From the NCBI GenBank assembly GCA_043822785.1, contig JBDRBN010000042.1:1-18933 (forward strand): DNA of 18,933 nucleotides, in the 5' to 3' direction. Positions 14,969 to 18,933 of this stretch are shown piece by piece. A program made the position numbers and the translations under genes. The stretch comes from Pseudomonadota bacterium (GTDB taxonomy: Bacteria; UBA10199; 2-02-FULL-44-16; JAAZCA01). Under the pieces are notes generated by a model. It saw nothing but the letters and a program-made list of their open reading frames with translations. It was not told the origin of the DNA and ran no database searches. How positions within the stretch are numbered: position 1 is the stretch's first letter; each line of letters starts with the position of its first letter.

Positions 14969-15385
14969 TTACAGTATCCTCACCATCATCTCAAACTCTT
15001 TCACTTTCATCTCATACCAATCCTTGCGTGTCTCATCACCATAGCCATATATGTGCAGAAGGCCATGAACTGAAAGCAGTAAAAGCTCCTGCTCCAAAAG
15101 CACACCGCGCTCTATGGCTTGCCTCTTTGCTGTATCGAGCGAAATCACGACTTCGCCCATAAGTCTTGGATCATCCTCATACGAAAATGCCAGCACGTCA
15201 GTTGGATATGGACTTGCTCTAAATTCCCCCGCCAACTTTGATATAGTGCGATCATCTGTGAAGATTATTCCGACATGCTTCTTTGAAACATTTCCGGGAA
15301 GCCTCATGAGTGCCCGCTTAAGGCTATCCAGATGTGGGCTCATCCTCGGATGTTCGTTTCTCATCATGAGTTTTGTGCGCAGCAT
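14969..15385 (-). CDS. ybeY: rRNA maturation endoribonuclease YbeY (start uncertain: 15385, 15367 or 15343)
   Basis: PTDVLAF, GEVVISLDTA and HGLLHIYGY; located in a phoH...lnt operon. Confidence 0.93.
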   Translation of the reverse strand: MLRTKLMMRNEHPRMSPHLDSLKRALMRLPGNVSKKHVGIIFTDDRTISKLAGEFRASPYPTDVLAFSYEDDPRLMGEVVISLDTAKRQAIERGVLLEQELLLLSVHGLLHIYGYGDETRKDWYEMKVKEFEMMVRIL

Positions 15386-17774
15386 CGGAATTTTTTGCGG
15401 CATTGGCAGCCTTTTCATTTTCAGCTTCCTTTTCGATCTCCTTATCATACTCAATGCGCAGATGGTATATTCCCAAAAGAATCCTCACAAATGCCTTTCC
15501 TATGGAGTTGAGATCGCGCAGCGTAAGATCGCATTCATCGAGCTGGGTTTCATTAAATACATCGTGTATGGTTTTTTGCACCGTCTGTTCCACGCGTATC
15601 GGGCTCTTTTCCTTAAGCGCCCTCACCGAGGCCTCGGTAACATCTGCAAGCATGAGAATTGCTGCTTCTCTGGTCTGTGGTTTTGGCCCCGGATATTCAA
15701 ACTGCTTTGGATCAACTTTCATGACATCGGGATCTGTCTTAATTTTAGCCAGATCATAGAAATAGCTTATTCGCCTGGTACCATGATGCTACGGAATCAT
15801 ATCCGTAATACACTTGGGTATGTTCGCAGACTGAGTCAGTTCCACACCATCCTTCACATGTGCAGAGACTATTAATGATGACATCTGCGGCGTAAGCTTT
15901 TCGTGTTTGTCTTCACCTGCTTTTGCGTTTTCGACAAAATAAAGCGGCTTTTTTATTTTTCCGAGGTCATGATAATACGCACCCACGCGCACTAAGAGTG
16001 CGTTAGCTCCTATTTCACTGGCAGCAGCCTCGCCAAGCAAACCGACAACATGCGAATGATGGTAAGTGCCAGGTGCGCGCACGATGAGCTCACGCAGAAG
16101 CGGATGATTTAAGTTTGCCAGCTCAAGCAGTTTGATGTCGGACGTATATCCTGAGACCGACTCTATGATCGGTGCACCTATCATCGTATAGATGGCAGAT
16201 CCGATACCACCGAGGAATGCAAAGAGAATACCCCACAAAAGTTCGGATATCTGAAAACCGCTTCCTGCCACAACGCTCTCGACAAAGCTTATGCCCACAA
16301 CAGCCAAAGCCCCTACTCCGCCAGTGATCGCTCCCGCGCGTATGATCATGCTTCTTCGATCGACATTTGCTATCGCCATGACACCAGCCATGCTCGATAT
16401 GAAGCTAAACGCCATAAGGCGTACGTCGGCCTCCACAAAAAAACCAGCCAATACGCTCATGACCAATGCAAATACAAGTGATATCTCGGCGCCCAAAAAC
16501 ATGCGAAGCAACATAGCAGCGCCAGCAATTGGCACGGCATAATGAAGCGTTGAAGGATCTATTGATATGAGAAGCGCATCGCTCACCGCAGGCGCCAACA
16601 TGAGCGAGATGCGCATTATTATGAGCACGGACAAGCCAATAAAAGCCATAAGAACATAGTCCGTCTTATTCACCTGTACGCGCCGAAAATATTTCTTCAA
16701 AAGTCTAAAAGGCACGAAAAGGAAAAGCAGTGAAAGAATGAACGTGCCCAAGAATTCGAGATAATAAGAACCCTTTCTCTTTTCCTTGACGATTGCTGAA
16801 AGGATCTTGATATGACGAGGCTCGTAGCGCGATCCTTCACGAACTATCATCTCACCGGCTGATACTTTGAGTATTACATTTTTTGCACCGGAAGCAGCTG
16901 CTTCTAGCTTTCTGTTCGTCTCTGGACGATTGAGAACACAATTTGGCTTGATGAGAAGCCTGGCAACTGCGACTATTGCCTCAGGAAGATCTTTTCCTTT
17001 GGAGGAAATTGCTGAAAAAACCGGAGAAAGCATTATTCGCTCCCTCGCCTCTACTACAGTGCGAAGATTGCCAACATCTTCTATCACTGTCTCCTGATAA
17101 TTCTGTCCAGAAGCTGCTTTCTCATCGATCTTGCGTATGATCGCACCTTCTCCCGCGGGAAATTCTCCCTCAACCCTCTCAGACACAAGAGGCACTGACA
17201 TCGCCCCCTTAACCAGAGCCGTTATTGCAGCTTCAGTCTGATCATCAAAATTATCTGCGATCAGAGCCTGAATATAGTTATCCGGAATAACGATGCCCAG
17301 ATGTTCAGAAAAGATCTGGCCGATTTGTTTTTTAGCCTCTTCAGGAAGTTTTGCACCAGAAACAATTCGCGCCTTTGCGTTTTGCAGATCGAGCCAACTC
17401 TTAAGCGCTGATCTAGCCGCCTTAAACGCATCACCCACGCGCGCAGTCACAACATCTGAAAGCCCTACGTCAAAATCGAATACGGGCAATACCGATGCCA
17501 TGGCTTCTTCACGAAACTTCTGACTCGCTTCCTCATCGATTATTTCATAGTTGCGATCTGCCTTGATGTCGCGAGATGCGATCAGGCCAGCCTGTATCCT
17601 TGATGGAATTGTTTGAAAGGAAAGCGTAGTCATGAAAGTAGCCATGACTGCCAAGAAGACGATGGCAACCCAGGAGAAGGAACGCGAGCTATATAGACCA
17701 GAAAGACTGCTCCGCGCTTTCATCGTCATCCTTCTTCTTATGCCACGCTTTGTTTTGCTTAAGGCTTCAGCCAT
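15324..17774 (-). pseudogene. 7TM-HD metal-dependent phosphohydrolase (YqfF/PgpH-like c-di-AMP phosphodiesterase family), interrupted by one in-frame TAG at 15789-15791
   Basis: 7TMR-HDED-like extracellular domain, 7 TM helices, APGTYHHS, YYHDLGK, HVKDG, IP*HHGT, YPGPKPQTRE and MLAD..EA. The two track ORFs are in the same frame. ATG at 17774 follows GAGGAGG. Confidence 0.85.
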
Positions 17775-18753
17775 TTGCCTCCTCGTCACGTTGGTATGCC
17801 TCGACGATCTCAGTCACCAGCGGATGTCGAACTATGTCTGCTTCTGTAAATTCGTGAAATGCCATGTCAGAATGTCCTTTTAAAATTCTCCACGCCTCCA
17901 AAAGGCCCGAGCGCTGTCCTGGCGGCAGATCTATTTGCGTCACATCACCGTTGACCACCATTTTGGAATTAATACCCAGCCTTGTAAGGCACATTTTCAT
18001 CTGGTGGTAACTGCAGTTTTGAGCTTCATCTAGTATAATGAAGGCCTTATGCAAAGTGCGACCTCGCATGAATGCTATTGGAGCGATTTCGATCACATCC
18101 TCCAACATTAGTGTCTCTACCTTATCCACATCGAGCATGTCGTAGAGCGCATCGCGCAAAGGCCTGAGATACGGATTGACCTTCTCTTGCATGTCGCCAG
18201 GAAGAAAGCCAAGCTTCTCGCCAGCTTCGACAGCAGGTCTGGCGAGTATTATGCGATCAAATTCTTTTTTCAGAAGACATGCCACAGCCATGGCCACGGC
18301 CAAGTAGCTCTTTCCAGTGCCAGCCGGTCCTATGGAGAATACAACATCATGCCTACGAATGGCTTCGAGATAAGCCTTTTGTCCAGGCGAGCGTGGCACA
18401 ATAGCTTTTTTCCTTGCTGGTAAGAATATGGATTCAGAAAAAAGCGACTCGAGATCAGCGTCTTTATTTTTGGTGATGAATCGCATGGCGCGCTCTATGT
18501 CTGCGCCCATGATCGGGTAACCCTTTTTCAACATGCGATAGAGTTGATTTAGTATTCGCTCGCCAGCTTCGACATTTTTTGGAACTCCGTGCAGCCTAAG
18601 ATCCGCACCGCGCACATCTATATCGATGCCCAGCCTATTCTCAAGCGACTTAAGGTGCCTATCCTCCGCACCGAACAGATCGCGAGCCAGCCTGTTATCA
18701 TCGAACCTCAGGGTAATGATCTTATTTTCTGCTGTAGATCGTCTTTTTGTCAT
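17767..18753 (-). CDS. phoH: PhoH family ATPase (YbeZ type)
   Basis: 328 aa with GPAGTGKS, RPAVEAGEKLGFLPGD, MRGRTL, LDEAQN, GDVTQIDLP and RHPLV. Confidence 0.97.
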   Translation of the reverse strand: MTKRRSTAENKIITLRFDDNRLARDLFGAEDRHLKSLENRLGIDIDVRGADLRLHGVPKNVEAGERILNQLYRMLKKGYPIMGADIERAMRFITKNKDADLESLFSESIFLPARKKAIVPRSPGQKAYLEAIRRHDVVFSIGPAGTGKSYLAVAMAVACLLKKEFDRIILARPAVEAGEKLGFLPGDMQEKVNPYLRPLRDALYDMLDVDKVETLMLEDVIEIAPIAFMRGRTLHKAFIILDEAQNCSYHQMKMCLTRLGINSKMVVNGDVTQIDLPPGQRSGLLEAWRILKGHSDMAFHEFTEADIVRHPLVTEIVEAYQRDEEANG

Positions 18754-18772
18754 AAATCGAATCCATATTCGA

Positions 18773-18793
18773 AAATTCCAAATTCCAAATCAC
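18773..18793. repeat. Short heptamer tract abutting the left TIR
   Basis: AAATTCC AAATTCC AAATCAC. Confidence 0.65.
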
Positions 18794-18933
18794 CACTGTT
18801 GTTGCGTTAGAGGTGTTAACTGGTTGAAATATAAGAATTCATTTTTCTCATGTCTAGGTGTCATTGCGAGGAGCGTTTAGCGACGAAGCAATCTCCCGCA
18901 AACACAGGTTATAAGGGGATTGCTTCGCTTTGC
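18794..18933. mobile_element. Left part of the MITE-like foldback element (left TIR 18794-18811), including the right copy of the 104-bp terminal repeat (18830-18933)
   Basis: The TIR matches 135-152 in reverse complement, and 18830-18933 is identical to 1-104. Confidence 0.65.

Noticed and set aside
15789..15791. Alternative genetic code (TAG as Gln) or pyrrolysine
   Set aside because: Four genes in the window end in TAG at expected positions, only one internal TAG was seen, and no pyl genes are present.
15114..15875. 253-aa plus-strand ORF
   Set aside because: Antisense to ybeY and the HD-domain C-terminus, with no domain signature.
18811..18840. dif/Xer site
   Set aside because: GGTG start only; no TTATGTTAAAT-like XerD arm at the right spacing.
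1..18933. Phage, plasmid or ICE suggested by the terminal repeat
   Set aside because: No rep, integrase, relaxase, terminase or structural genes; content and order are chromosomal housekeeping.

Overview
A stretch of diderm bacterial DNA whose gene order resembles the former Deltaproteobacteria (inference). Almost everything is on the minus strand: phoH, a 7TM-HD (PgpH-like) hydrolase, ybeY, lnt, prfB (programmed +1 frameshift), an FG-GAP/VCBS protein, tRNA-Met(CAT), der, yihY, yfgM-like, bamB-like, an OmpA-family protein, a lipoprotein and guaB. A single macro-domain gene lies on the plus strand. I see no transposase, integrase, phage, plasmid or CRISPR genes. The unusual content is mostly non-coding or recoding. 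(1) The first and last 104 bp are identical, and joining them rebuilds a 188-bp foldback element with 18-bp terminal inverted repeats. (2) At least five palindromic or tandem repeat families fill the intergenic gaps, and one enters a CDS in frame. (3) Two large, highly paired structures (172 and 254 nt) lie between the convergent macro and prfB genes. (4) The OmpA-family gene has a leader with mutually exclusive pairings and two in-frame starts, and its protein carries a four-copy Cys repeat that I do not recognise. (5) The PgpH-like gene has an in-frame TAG at the position before its HHGT motif. (6) The yfgM-like gene appears to start at ATA. All calls come from reading the sequence by eye; no searches were run.
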